The translations under genes were made by a program, and so were the position numbers. 64,000 bases of DNA from an uncultured delta proteobacterium (GTDB lineage Bacteria; Desulfobacterota; Binatia; UBA9968): the NCBI GenBank assembly GCA_963804165.1, contig CAWDPO010000009.1, positions 1-64,000 on the forward strand, given 5' to 3'. Of the stretch, positions 40,445-50,415 are shown piece after piece. The notes under the pieces are model-generated. The model was not told the origin of the DNA. It worked only from the letters and a program-made list of their open reading frames with translations, and did no database searches. Position 1 is the first letter of the stretch; every line of letters begins with the position of its first letter.

Positions 40445-40959
40445 CTACGGGATTCCTTTCCGAGCGAAAATCAAGTGATCTGCGTTAGCGGGGCTTGAGC
40501 GGCTTATCGCGCCGGCTCGCGAACTCTATCGCGTTTTACTTCCGACTGTTTCTTCCATGGATGAAAGTTTTTCCGGCGTCTGACCCTTTGCAGAAATGAA
40601 ACCCATGTCGCAGTACCGTGCTGTATCGAAGCGTCAGCGGCTAGGCTTTCGATGGCGAATTCAAATCGAGAGAATCGGATAAAGGTTGCCATCGGCGAAG
40701 AACTTTCCAACTCGCTTCCCCTACCAAAGGTTGGTACGCGCGCACCGGTTTTAAGAGTCGAATTTGGGCCGGATAATTAATTCTTTATAATTAAATATTT
40801 TATGTGTCAAGAAATCTGGACAAGATCTTTGAAAATTGTCAATGCGCCGGATGTAAGAAATTGAACAGTCGATACCTTAATATTAGATTCATACCTCTCT
40901 ATTCTCCAGGAGCCCTCCCCCCATTTGGAAAATGCTTTTCCCAGACTCTTCCGATATCG

Positions 40960-41205
40960 CTGTCCGAAAGCATTGCCGTACCTGGCGAGAGTCTAGCATC
41001 AGCCGACTCCCCTTCTACAACAACACCCGGCACACCTACACCTCGTACCTGCCCTCCATCAGCGCGAAACTCGTGTTCGTGTCCTCTCAAACCCGCAACT
41101 CCATCAAGACAAGACCCTGGAGACCCACTACGCGAAATATCTCCCCTTGGCCGATGACGGTCGAGACGCCGAGGAAAAACTGCTCTCAACCGTGACCCCG
41201 TGAGG
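40960..41205 (+). pseudogene. Phage/ICE tyrosine integrase C-terminal remnant
   Basis: RLPFYNNTRHTYTSYL.SI.AK.VFVSSQT.NSIKT..LETHYAKYLP = box II (RH..., catalytic Y) pattern, next to the tRNA-Gly 3' end. Confidence 0.6.
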
Positions 41206-41275
41206 AGGAGAATCGAGAGAGTGAGTGTAATGGTGAAGAAGGCCCGTAAACCGTCGGAATCAGAGAGGAGAGAAA

Positions 41276-41352
41276 TGGAGCGGGTGAGGAGGGTCGAACT
41301 CCCGACCTTATGCTTGGCAAGCATACGCTCTAGCCAACTGAGCTACACCCGC
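41276..41352 (-). tRNA. tRNA-Gly(GCC)
   Basis: GCGGGTGTAGCTCAGTTGGCTAGAGCGTATGCTTGCCAAGCATAAGGTCGGGAGTTCGACCCTCCTCACCCGCTCCA; directly downstream of pgsA. Confidence 0.95.
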
Positions 41353-41404
41353 ATACGATTTTTAGTACCGTAAGTATGGCGTTTTGTCAATTTCACCGCC
41401 CCTT

Positions 41405-41977
41405 TTAGGCGCGGTCCAGACGTGATTGTCTGAGTCGAAAAAACTGCAGGTGATATTTCGCTCCGGACCAAATTGCGATGGCGGCAGAAAGCACGAGAAA
41501 GTACATTCCCGCTGCGTAAAAATCCAGCTCCCAATAGCGGTAGTGAAGTAACAAACCGGTGATCGCGAACACCTGAAGAATGAATTTGTATTTGCCGAGC
41601 GTCTCCGAGTGCATCACGATGCCCTCGGTGAGAGCTAGGCCGCGAATCACTGTCACTGCAGTCTCTCTCGCCAAGATCACCACTACCAACCAAGCCGGCA
41701 CGTTTGGCTCGTTCGGCCGATCTATGGCGGCGAGCATGACCAACACAGCACCGACCATCAGCTTATCCGCCAAAGGATCGAGAATCTTGCCGATATCAGA
41801 AATGCTTTTATTTCGCCGCGCCAAATAGCCGTCGAAGTAGTCGGTCAGCGACGCCAAGAGAAACAGAGCTGCGGCTAGAAGTGATGACCTTCGGTCCGAG
41901 AAGGTTAATAGATAGACGAGTACGGGAATGATCAGGATCCGAGCTAAACTCAGGAGGTTCGGGAACGTCCAAACCAC
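41405..41977 (-). CDS. pgsA: CDP-diacylglycerol--glycerol-3-phosphate 3-phosphatidyltransferase
   Basis: PNLLSLARI, TDYFDGYLAR..GKILDPLADK, RE...RG, GKYK. Confidence 0.95.
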   Translation of the reverse strand: MVWTFPNLLSLARILIIPVLVYLLTFSDRRSSLLAAALFLLASLTDYFDGYLARRNKSISDIGKILDPLADKLMVGAVLVMLAAIDRPNEPNVPAWLVVVILARETAVTVIRGLALTEGIVMHSETLGKYKFILQVFAITGLLLHYRYWELDFYAAGMYFLVLSAAIAIWSGAKYHLQFFRLRQSRLDRA

Positions 41978-42009
41978 GAAAGACTCTTCAGCGCGAAGCT
42001 TAGATTTGA

Positions 42010-42645
42010 TTATCGGCCAACCTGCTGAAGCGCCTGCAGATCGCCGCGATAGGAATCATAGAAACGCAGAACTCGACGCACATATTCCCTGGTTTCAGAG
42101 AACGGCGGAATCCCCTGATGCTTTTCCACGGCGCCACTGCCGGCGTTGTACGCGGCGAGGGACAGTTCAAGGTCGCCTTGATAGCGGTCAAGCAACATCC
42201 TCAGATGACGGGCTCCTCCCTCGACGTTTTCGCTGGGATTGTAAGCATCTCCGATATTGTGAAGTCGCGCAGTTTCGGGCATGAGTTGCATGAGACCCAT
42301 GGCCCCCTTTTGGGAACGAGCCTTCGCGTTGAAATCCGATTCAGCCTTGATGACCGCACGAATTAGGTCCGCGTCGATACTATGGCGCCCCGACGCTGTT
42401 TGGATAACATCATCATAAGACACGTTAACCAGAGGACCAACGGAAGCTTGTCCGCGACTTTCTCGGAGCACGCGGCGATATCCACCGTGGTTGGGCACAT
42501 TGGTAAACGTTAACACTCCGTTCTTATCCTTATAAACGTAGACATCAGCAAGTGCTGAAGCAACCACAACGGCCGTCGTTCCGAGCGCGACAGCTAAGAA
42601 TATGATTTGTTTAAATTTAATGTGGACCTGCCCAAAAGAAGTCAC
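42010..42645 (-). CDS. Lytic transglycosylase (DUF4124 + SLT)
   Basis: YVYKDKNGVLTFTN; AVIKAESDF, GAMGLMQLMP, AAYNAG, ETREYV. Confidence 0.9.
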   Translation of the reverse strand: MTSFGQVHIKFKQIIFLAVALGTTAVVVASALADVYVYKDKNGVLTFTNVPNHGGYRRVLRESRGQASVGPLVNVSYDDVIQTASGRHSIDADLIRAVIKAESDFNAKARSQKGAMGLMQLMPETARLHNIGDAYNPSENVEGGARHLRMLLDRYQGDLELSLAAYNAGSGAVEKHQGIPPFSETREYVRRVLRFYDSYRGDLQALQQVGR

Positions 42646-42660
42646 AGGATAACCGCAGCG

Positions 42661-43155
42661 CTAGTTCCTGTCAAACGGCCTTCTCTGTCGTCTGTGCCTT
42701 TCGTGGCAATAACCTCGACTTCCACTGTTTTGCCTAGGAAGGAGCCCTCCGTCCGATGCAAGCAACTGCTCGATGAGGCGGCGATCCCCCTCGAGAAAAT
42801 CCAACGATCCAAGATCCATTACCTTGACCCAAGACATCTGTTGGAAAACCAGGTTTTTTGCTGCGCCCTCGAACGATTTAACGTCGTAAAAACACAGCGA
42901 GACCCGCGGCCCGTCGGCATAGGCATACTCATATTCGCTGGTGAGTTCGGCATCGCGTATTTCAATGCCCAACTCCTCTTTCAACTCGCGGCGTAGAGCG
43001 TCGAGATCGCTCTCCCCTTTTTCCACTTTTCCTCCCGGGAACTCCCATTTCAAAGGAAATTTCGCGCTCGCATGGCGCTGGCAAACGAGCAATCGCTCGT
43101 CACTAAAGATGAGCCCGGCGACGACTCTGACCGTCGGTTGGTCTGCTTGATTCAT
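42661..43155 (-). CDS. Nudix hydrolase (MutT/NudG-like)
   Basis: WEFPGGKVEKGESDLDALRRELKEELGI Nudix box. Confidence 0.9.
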   Translation of the reverse strand: MNQADQPTVRVVAGLIFSDERLLVCQRHASAKFPLKWEFPGGKVEKGESDLDALRRELKEELGIEIRDAELTSEYEYAYADGPRVSLCFYDVKSFEGAAKNLVFQQMSWVKVMDLGSLDFLEGDRRLIEQLLASDGGLLPRQNSGSRGYCHERHRRQRRPFDRN

Positions 43156-43182
43156 CAACGACGCTTGTCTGTAGATAAGAGT

Positions 43183-43259
43183 TGGCGCGCCTGGAGGGAT
43201 TCGAACCCCCAACCCCCAGATCCGAAGTCTGGTGCTCTGTCCAGTTGAGCTACAGGCGC
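43183..43259 (-). tRNA. tRNA-Arg(TCG)
   Basis: GCGCCTGTAGCTCAACTGGACAGAGCACCAGACTTCGGATCTGGGGGTTGGGGGTTCGAATCCCTCCAGGCGCGCCA. Confidence 0.95.
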
Positions 43260-43277
43260 ACGTCGGGCCGTAGCGGG

Positions 43278-45095
43278 TTAGCGAAAATAAACGATCTCGA
43301 GCCCCTTTTCAAAAAAGAATTGATGCAGCGCCCGTGGAATCTGGCGGTCCGTCACGAACATCGGCCTCTTGGTGAGCTGAAAACCCCAAGCCTTTACGGT
43401 GAGCCGGTCCTGCGCCGAACCGGATGCGGCTGAAAATCGATGCTCTCGATAAGCGACTTGATCGCCGAGCAGGCTCAACAATCGAGAAATCAATTCTCGG
43501 GTCGAAAGCGACTTGAGATCTAATTCCACGGTCTTGATGCCGTGTTTGTCTTGCAACGATTTGCGCGTCTCCGGGTCCGTGCTGTGGAAGAACAGCGCCG
43601 TGCGCTGGCCACCCAGCTCGAATACTCGATCCGTGCGAGTATCGACCCGCAGTCCGTCACCCAGCTCGACGGATAAAATTTCGGCGACTCCGAAACTGAC
43701 CCCGTAGGATAACAGCAGTGCGTCAACGATTTCCTGTTTATCCGACGGCCAAGTTTTTATCTGCGACGGAGTCGCTTTCGGCTCATTCGGTTCGGGCGTG
43801 TTGGAGCGCGAGTCTTTCGACGTGGAAGGGGGTACAACATCACGCAAATGCAACCCCTTTTTTGCCAACTCGGATCTCAAATAGTCTGGAATCTCATTGG
43901 GGTTATCGGTTAAATTGATCACGTACACTTCTTGCGGTTTGTTGCTGACCTCGGGGGCGAGAACCATCCAGTTCCCTTTTGCTTCCAAGGCCACGCCTTC
44001 CTCCTGAACCACCACCGGTCGATCTGCCGGCAACGCCTGATAACCAAGTCCCGCCAGGAGCTGGCCAATGGCGTCCTGTACGGAGAGTCCGTTGGCCATC
44101 GCCAAGACTGGCGTGCCGATGCTCGGATCGTTCAACTTCGTCTTAAGCGATGCCGGAATTTTGCCGTCGGGATCGACAACCAATCTTTGCCGCAAAGTCG
44201 GATTGACGATCACCGGGTAGGCACTTCTTTCGAAACGCACGGTGCCGTCCTTCAAGGTGACGACCTCTTCGCCGCTTTGCTGCATCTCACCGCCCATCGC
44301 TTCAGCGACCTTGGCGAACAGCGGCATATTTTCCTTTGCCGGCGCGCGAAGCGTTTGGCGCACATCAAACGCCGGCGAACCTGTTTTCACCTGCGCGGGT
44401 GGCTTCGGCTGCACCGCAATGACGGGTTCCGGACTTCGTTTAAGCGCTGGCGCCCCGCTCCTCTCCGCGCTCGCCACCTGAAGTTCTGTTCCAACCGTAG
44501 GTAAGCGAATGGTCTCGCCTTCCACTAGATTATCCCAATCCTTTCGTTCCGGATTGAGATCTCTGACGAGCGAATAGTATTGTGCGAGCTTTCGTTCCTC
44601 GGAGAGCTTCAATTGTTCCCGCAAAATTTGATAGAGATGCTCGCCGGATTTTACCCGATAGTTTATCGTCGTCCCGGTTTTTACCGGGTTGCGTTCGGCG
44701 CCGGTCTCGGTGTGCGCGCGCGCTTCAATTGTGCCTTCCAGCTGCAACGGAATGAAGATCTTGTCACCGATACGAAGCACATCGAGGTTTTTTATCTGTG
44801 GGTTTAAGCCGCGAATAACGACCAGATAGCTGCGAAATTTTTGACCCGGTAAACCCTTTTCTTCGACCAGTATGCGCCACAGTGAGTCGCCGCGACCGAT
44901 CGGGCGCTCTTCGCCTTCGACCTGCTGCCCTTGATACTCGCGCGTGTTGACCGATTTACGCAGACTCATCTCAGCCGGATCACTACGCGCGCCGGGCTGT
45001 TCCTGGGCGTGTCCGGTGCTCAGCGCACCCTGGACGCCGCAACTCAGCCCGACAACTAAAAGTAACCGGTAAAAAAAGACCCCTCGGCAGGTCAC
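43278..45095 (-). CDS. Secreted LysM-domain protein
   Basis: Signal peptide; GDSLWRI..LNP....L.IGDKIFIP and YRVKSGEHLYQI..LNP..L.EGETIRLP. Confidence 0.75.
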   Translation of the reverse strand: MTCRGVFFYRLLLVVGLSCGVQGALSTGHAQEQPGARSDPAEMSLRKSVNTREYQGQQVEGEERPIGRGDSLWRILVEEKGLPGQKFRSYLVVIRGLNPQIKNLDVLRIGDKIFIPLQLEGTIEARAHTETGAERNPVKTGTTINYRVKSGEHLYQILREQLKLSEERKLAQYYSLVRDLNPERKDWDNLVEGETIRLPTVGTELQVASAERSGAPALKRSPEPVIAVQPKPPAQVKTGSPAFDVRQTLRAPAKENMPLFAKVAEAMGGEMQQSGEEVVTLKDGTVRFERSAYPVIVNPTLRQRLVVDPDGKIPASLKTKLNDPSIGTPVLAMANGLSVQDAIGQLLAGLGYQALPADRPVVVQEEGVALEAKGNWMVLAPEVSNKPQEVYVINLTDNPNEIPDYLRSELAKKGLHLRDVVPPSTSKDSRSNTPEPNEPKATPSQIKTWPSDKQEIVDALLLSYGVSFGVAEILSVELGDGLRVDTRTDRVFELGGQRTALFFHSTDPETRKSLQDKHGIKTVELDLKSLSTRELISRLLSLLGDQVAYREHRFSAASGSAQDRLTVKAWGFQLTKRPMFVTDRQIPRALHQFFFEKGLEIVYFR

Positions 45096-46499
45096 CTACT
45101 TAACCTTCCAGATCGTTCCCTTGACCGTATCTTCAAGCACCACCCCATGCTGGACCAACTGTTCGCGAATTCGGTCCGCCTCCTGCCAGTTTTTTTCCGA
45201 GCGCGCCTTGTTGCGCCGATCGATCAATTCTTTGATGTGCCGGATCGAGATGTTCGCCTTGTCGAGGAAGCGCTGCTTTTTTCTTTCCGCAAAGCCGTCG
45301 CGTTGGAAACCTAGTGTATCACAAATTGCGCGCAGCGCAGAGCCTCGAGTGTCGATTCCGTGTAATTTTTTGCCGTCGAGCAATCGATTGAGCGCACGAA
45401 CCTCGTCGAAGACCAACGCCAGCGCGCGCGGCGTATTGAAGTCATCGTCCATCTCGTGGCGAAAAGCCTCCATCAACGCGGGATCGGCCGCAGCCCGGGC
45501 ACCTGCACCGATCGACTCATCGATTCTGTCCAAGGTTTCATAGATTCGATCCACTGCCCTGGCGGCTTCGGTCAGACCGTCTTTGGAAAAGTCCATTGGA
45601 CTACGATAATGGCTCGCCAGAAAATAATGGCGCAGCGCCGCAGGGTCGAAGTCGTCGAGGATTTCGCGGATCGTAAAGAAATTTCCCAGTGATTTTGACA
45701 TTTTTTCCTGATTGATATTCAGAAAACCGTTGTGTAGCCAGAAGCGCGCTAGCGGCCGGCCGAACGCCCCCTCGGACTGAGCGATTTCATTTTCATGGTG
45801 CGGAAAAATAAGATCCCGCCCGCCGCCGTGAATGTCGAACGGCTGCCCGAGATACTTGGTGCTCATCGCCGAACATTCGATATGCCAGCCCGGACGACCC
45901 CGTCCCCAGGGACTCTCCCATGTCGGTTCCCCGGGTTTGCTCGATTTCCACAAGGCGAAGTCGAGTGGCGAGCGCTTGCGCTCGTCGACCTCGACGCGGG
46001 CGCCGGCCTCAAGCTCGTCGATGTTTTTGCGCGATAATTTTCCGTAATCGGCAAAACCCGCCACGGAAAAGAACACGTCCCCGTCGATCTGATAGGCCAG
46101 TCCTTCTGTCTCCAGCTTTTTGATATGTTCAATAATCTCGGCAATGTGCCCCGTGGCGCGCGGCTCGATGGTCGGGGCCCGCAATCCGAGCGCGGCGCTG
46201 TCTTGATGGAATTCGCCGATGTAATGTTCGCTGATCGCGTCCGAACTCACCTGCTCCTCGTTGGCGCGCTTGATGATTTTGTCGTCGACGTCGGTGAAGT
46301 TGCGCACATAGGTCACGTCGAGGCCCAGCCAACGAAGGTAGCGATAGATCACGTCAAAGGTGATCAAGAAGCGGCAATGCCCCAGATGCGCCGAATCGTA
46401 GACGGTCACGCCGCAGACGTACATATGCACACGTCCAGGCGTCAGCGGCGTGAAGATTTCCTTCTCCCCGCTGAGAGTATTGAAAATTGTGAGTGCCAT
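45096..46499 (-). CDS. cysS: Cysteine--tRNA ligase
   Basis: MYVCGVTVYD..HLGH, GRPGWHIECSAM, DIHGGG.DLIFPHHENE, KMSKS. Confidence 0.98.
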   Translation of the reverse strand: MALTIFNTLSGEKEIFTPLTPGRVHMYVCGVTVYDSAHLGHCRFLITFDVIYRYLRWLGLDVTYVRNFTDVDDKIIKRANEEQVSSDAISEHYIGEFHQDSAALGLRAPTIEPRATGHIAEIIEHIKKLETEGLAYQIDGDVFFSVAGFADYGKLSRKNIDELEAGARVEVDERKRSPLDFALWKSSKPGEPTWESPWGRGRPGWHIECSAMSTKYLGQPFDIHGGGRDLIFPHHENEIAQSEGAFGRPLARFWLHNGFLNINQEKMSKSLGNFFTIREILDDFDPAALRHYFLASHYRSPMDFSKDGLTEAARAVDRIYETLDRIDESIGAGARAAADPALMEAFRHEMDDDFNTPRALALVFDEVRALNRLLDGKKLHGIDTRGSALRAICDTLGFQRDGFAERKKQRFLDKANISIRHIKELIDRRNKARSEKNWQEADRIREQLVQHGVVLEDTVKGTIWKVK

Positions 46500-46599
46500 A
46501 TTAGTGAGTTTTCAATCTTACGGATCAGCCCATTTTTTGCAACCTGATTACGTCACCGCAGCTTGCGAAAGCGGACAAAAAAGCATAGACAAAATTTCT

Positions 46600-48258
46600 A
46601 TGAATTTCGCCAAACCCTACGAAGATCTGCGCGAATTTATCGCCGCATTGGATGAACACGACAAATTGTACCGCATTCACCGCGAAATCAACAAAGACAG
46701 CGAGCTGCAACCTTTAGTTCGCTGGCAGTTCCGCGGCGGCATACCGGAAGAGGCGCGGCGCGGATTCTTATTCGACAACGTCACCGACGGTAAGAATCGC
46801 AAGTATGACTGCCAAGTTCTCGTTGGCGGCCTGTCGAGCTCCGAGTCGATTTATTGCTTGGGACTTAAATGCCAGCCCGACGAAGTGGCCGATCGCTGGA
46901 TCTACGCCATGGATCATTTGATCGATCCCATCGTCGTCGCTTCCGGTTCGTGTCAGGAGGAAATTCATAAGGGCGATCAACTGCTCGCACACGGCGGCTT
47001 GATGGAATTTGCGGTGCCCATGTCGACGCCGGGATTCGACAATGGCCCCTACATCACGGCGGGACACTGGATCACTAAAGATCCGCAAACTAGCAAGCGC
47101 AACGTCGGCAACTATCGCGGTTTGATCAAAGGGCCGACTTCGACCGGACTGATGTCGGGCACCCCGCAAGATCTGTCGACCCATTGGGAAAAATGCCGAA
47201 AGATGGGCAAGCCACTCGAGGTCGCGATCGTTGTAGGCACGATACCTGCCGTGTCCTACTGCGCCACTCAGAAAGTGCCGCCGGAGATCGACGAGCTCGC
47301 GCTCGCTGGCGGATTGATGGGTGCGCCGGTGAAGCTAGTCAAATGCCAAACCGTCGATCTCGAAGTGCCTGCCAGTTCCGAAATCGTGCTCGAGGGCATT
47401 ATCCCGACCAACTACATGGAAGAAGAAGGTCCCTACGGCGAGTCGATGGGCTACGTCGATCCGCGCACGTTGAGCACGATGTTCGAACTCAAGTGCGTCA
47501 CCCATCGGAAAAACCCGATATGGGTGTCGATCATCAGCCAGGTCACGCCGAGTGAAAGCTCCAAGATCAAAGCGATGGGCATGGCGACGCTGGTGAAACG
47601 TTTCATCGTGAGCAAGGGCTTTGACTGCGTCAAAGACGTCCACATGATCGAGCCCCTGGTCAACATGCGGCCCTATGTCGCCGTGAGTTTGAAAAAGCGC
47701 AACGATGAAGACCCCTGGGGCGTCATGCAAGCGGTGCTCGATTACGGCGACCGCGTCGGTAAAATGATCGTCGCCGTCGACGAGGACATCAATATCAAAG
47801 ATCCGGTGGCCGTCACCTGGGCGATCACCCATCGTTCGCAGCCGCACAAGGACGTCAAGATCGTCGGCAATCGCCCGTTCGGCGCCACGCCGATCGGCAT
47901 GGTGGCAACGCATCCGTCCAGCCGTTATGACAATTCCGAGTCGTCGCTTCTCATCGACGCTACCCGCAAAGCGGACTTCCCTCCCCTGTCCTTGCCCAAG
48001 GAGGAATTCATGATCCGAGCCAAACAGATCTGGGAGGAACTCGGCTTGCCGAAACTCGAGCCCCAGGAACCTTGGCACGGTTACTTGATGGGGTTGTGGC
48101 CGGAAAATTTAGATCATGAGGCGGAGCTGGCGGCGCAAAGCGAGCATGAGAAAGTTTGGGAGATACTTCGAAAAACCCGAGTTCAGGTGGGCGAAGGTGA
48201 AACCCTCAAGTCCATGCGCGCCAAATGGGGCAAGACGCATTCCGGCAGAGCGGAATAA
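46600..48258 (+). CDS. UbiD family (de)carboxylase #4
   Basis: YEDLREFI, NVGNYRG, EIVLEG, EEGPYGESMGY, VAVDEDI. Confidence 0.92.
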   Translation: MNFAKPYEDLREFIAALDEHDKLYRIHREINKDSELQPLVRWQFRGGIPEEARRGFLFDNVTDGKNRKYDCQVLVGGLSSSESIYCLGLKCQPDEVADRWIYAMDHLIDPIVVASGSCQEEIHKGDQLLAHGGLMEFAVPMSTPGFDNGPYITAGHWITKDPQTSKRNVGNYRGLIKGPTSTGLMSGTPQDLSTHWEKCRKMGKPLEVAIVVGTIPAVSYCATQKVPPEIDELALAGGLMGAPVKLVKCQTVDLEVPASSEIVLEGIIPTNYMEEEGPYGESMGYVDPRTLSTMFELKCVTHRKNPIWVSIISQVTPSESSKIKAMGMATLVKRFIVSKGFDCVKDVHMIEPLVNMRPYVAVSLKKRNDEDPWGVMQAVLDYGDRVGKMIVAVDEDINIKDPVAVTWAITHRSQPHKDVKIVGNRPFGATPIGMVATHPSSRYDNSESSLLIDATRKADFPPLSLPKEEFMIRAKQIWEELGLPKLEPQEPWHGYLMGLWPENLDHEAELAAQSEHEKVWEILRKTRVQVGEGETLKSMRAKWGKTHSGRAE

Positions 48259-48489
48259 AGCCATAGTGATCATCTCTGCAGGCTGTCAGTTCTCCCACAC
48301 CGGCTTGACGTTCGTCTCCAACCATTTCCGCGGGTCCTCGGCAAACGCCCTGTTCATGATCGGAATCGGTTTGACGTTGCCTCCCAGGCGCTTTGCTCAT
48401 TCGTTGGGCACGAACGATGGATAAATAGCCGCGGTAGCGAAACCACCTCGGCATCCTCGCTGTTTTCAGATTGTCACTGTTGGCCGGCT

Positions 48490-49380
48490 TTATGGCCGCT
48501 GGGTCTGTTTTGAAGAGTGGCGCAGCAAGGACAACAGGCTGATCAGATTTGGCGAGAGGCGAACACCTTTTCGATAGATGACGTAGCAGGCGATTTTGAT
48601 ATCCTTCAACCTCGGCATCTCGAGCGCTTTGAAATAGCCCTGTCTTAAACCCGCTTCGGCACTGCCGCGATAAAAGAGCCCGACACCCAGGCCCGCCTGG
48701 ACAGCGGTCTTTATTAGATCTATGGATTCGCACCACATCACTACATTGAGGTGCAAACCCAGTTTCTTGATTTTCTCGGTGATGTGTCCTTCGGTGTTCA
48801 TGATGAAAGGAACTTTCGCCAACTCGCTCTCTGTCAGTCTTTTTTTGCTCGCCAGAGCGTGCTTGGCAGATACAACGGCTATTATTTCCTCGGAAGCGAT
48901 GGGCTCTTCGATGATTGCCGGGTGAGCAGGAGCAATCGTCGTGACGGCAACGTCGACCTCTCCATTGAGCACCATGGCTCTAATCGCCTCAGGGTAGCCG
49001 GTGCGCAGAGTCGGATGAACATTCGGATGGAGACTGACAAAGGACTTGAGCACGCCCGGCAAAAAGAACGCCGCCGGGCTGGGCGTGCTCCCCACCCGGA
49101 GCGTGCTGGCACGCGCATAAGTGACGCGGTTCAGAAAAGTACCGCGAAGCTCTTCCATCTGCTTTAGGATCGGCTTAGCGGCTATCTGCAACAAACGGCC
49201 TTCGTCAGTAATTTTGATGCCCCGTCCGGATTTGACGTAAAGTTTTAGACCACATTCGCGTTCGAGAAAGCGCAACTGTTTGGATACTGAGGGCTGGCTG
49301 ATTTTAATTTTTCGCGCCGCTTCGGTAACGCTCAACTGTTCGGCAACGGCATCGAATATTTCCAGTTGATGGAAAGTCAT
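48490..49380 (-). CDS. LysR family transcriptional regulator
   Basis: MTFHQLEIF..SVTEAA...SQPSVSKQLRFLE HTH plus substrate-binding domain. Confidence 0.95.
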   Translation of the reverse strand: MTFHQLEIFDAVAEQLSVTEAARKIKISQPSVSKQLRFLERECGLKLYVKSGRGIKITDEGRLLQIAAKPILKQMEELRGTFLNRVTYARASTLRVGSTPSPAAFFLPGVLKSFVSLHPNVHPTLRTGYPEAIRAMVLNGEVDVAVTTIAPAHPAIIEEPIASEEIIAVVSAKHALASKKRLTESELAKVPFIMNTEGHITEKIKKLGLHLNVVMWCESIDLIKTAVQAGLGVGLFYRGSAEAGLRQGYFKALEMPRLKDIKIACYVIYRKGVRLSPNLISLLSLLRHSSKQTQRP

Positions 49381-49401
49381 AGAATTTATTCTACGGTTTC
49401 A

Positions 49402-49425
49402 ACACATACCCTTTTGTCTATGTGT
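49402..49425. promoter_or_regulatory. Candidate LysR operator in the divergent promoter
   Basis: Perfect inverted repeat ACACATA-N10-TATGTGT, one base longer than T-N11-A, upstream of a TGGACA -35-like box. Confidence 0.5.
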
Positions 49426-49555
49426 AACATGAATAATTTATATTGGACAAGCGCTCTTATCCCGCGTAGCTATGAACAGCGCCGTCGGTGATAATGTCAT
49501 AGCGCACAGTTCACTTCAGTGACAGGTGCTGATTTGGGCTTGGAGGATTAAACCC

Positions 49556-50398
49556 ATGATGGTGTGTCCTTACGATGCATCCAGACTCTTGTTGATTCTG
49601 CAGACCGATCATTCGCGCATCGCCGGATTGCTGGCCGCCCATTGGGGCAACGATCAATTCGCCAAACTTCGGCCGTACGCTTCGATGGTGCTGGCCGCTC
49701 AGGAGCACGATAGCGGCTGGTGGGACTGGGAAATCAAACCCTCCGTCAACGAGCAGGGCTACCCATCCGATTACATCGGGAGCATCAAACACCTGGGTCA
49801 AGGGGTATGGTTGGATCTGTACCGCCGCGCCATCGAGCGCATCGCGGGGCGCGATCTCTACGCTGCATATTTTGTCTCGATGCACGGCGAAGCGTTGTTG
49901 ACTAAAGGAATGGGCCTATTGCCGTCGATGCCCGACTATAGCGGCGATGCCGCTGTACAGGAATTCATCGCCGAGCAAAAAGGTTTGCGCGCCGGATGGT
50001 TGCCGAGGTTGAAGAAAACCCAAGAATTGGCCGATGTGACCACCGAGAAGCATCTGTGGACCAATTTTAATCTGATGGAGGTTTTCGATCAGTTCGCGCA
50101 GTTTGTCTGCAACCGTTATCCGTTAAACAGTCAGGCCAGAAAAAACGGGCCAACACACACGCTGAGCGGGATGTCCGTACCGGTTTCCCCCGAACAGCCG
50201 AACGTAACTCTGACGATCGACGTTCTAAACGAAACCGACGCGGTCGTGCATCCTTTTCCCTTCGACGTGAATGCTCTGAGCCTTTCCTTCGAGGGCAGGC
50301 TCGTGCCGAAGCAGCCATTCTCAACGCAAGAGGAATTCTTACAGCAGTTTTACGGCGGCGAAAGAATCGCCATCAACTATACGCTGCGCGCGGCTTGA
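49556..50398 (+). CDS. DUF3891 family protein
   Basis: LILQTDHSRIAGLLAAHWGN, EHDSGW..W, YAAYFVSMH, D...F.C, V.PFPF. Confidence 0.8.
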   Translation: MMVCPYDASRLLLILQTDHSRIAGLLAAHWGNDQFAKLRPYASMVLAAQEHDSGWWDWEIKPSVNEQGYPSDYIGSIKHLGQGVWLDLYRRAIERIAGRDLYAAYFVSMHGEALLTKGMGLLPSMPDYSGDAAVQEFIAEQKGLRAGWLPRLKKTQELADVTTEKHLWTNFNLMEVFDQFAQFVCNRYPLNSQARKNGPTHTLSGMSVPVSPEQPNVTLTIDVLNETDAVVHPFPFDVNALSLSFEGRLVPKQPFSTQEEFLQQFYGGERIAINYTLRAA

Positions 50399-50415
50399 TG
50401 GCTGCTCAGTAATCG

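Noticed and set aside
40590-40607. sigma54 promoter (TGGGTTTCATTTCTGCA) for the UbiD-cupin operon
   Set aside because: GG-N10-GC spacing fits but the GGCA core is missing; too weak
40899-41324. 141-aa minus-strand ORF
   Set aside because: Overlaps tRNA-Gly and is antisense to the integrase remnant
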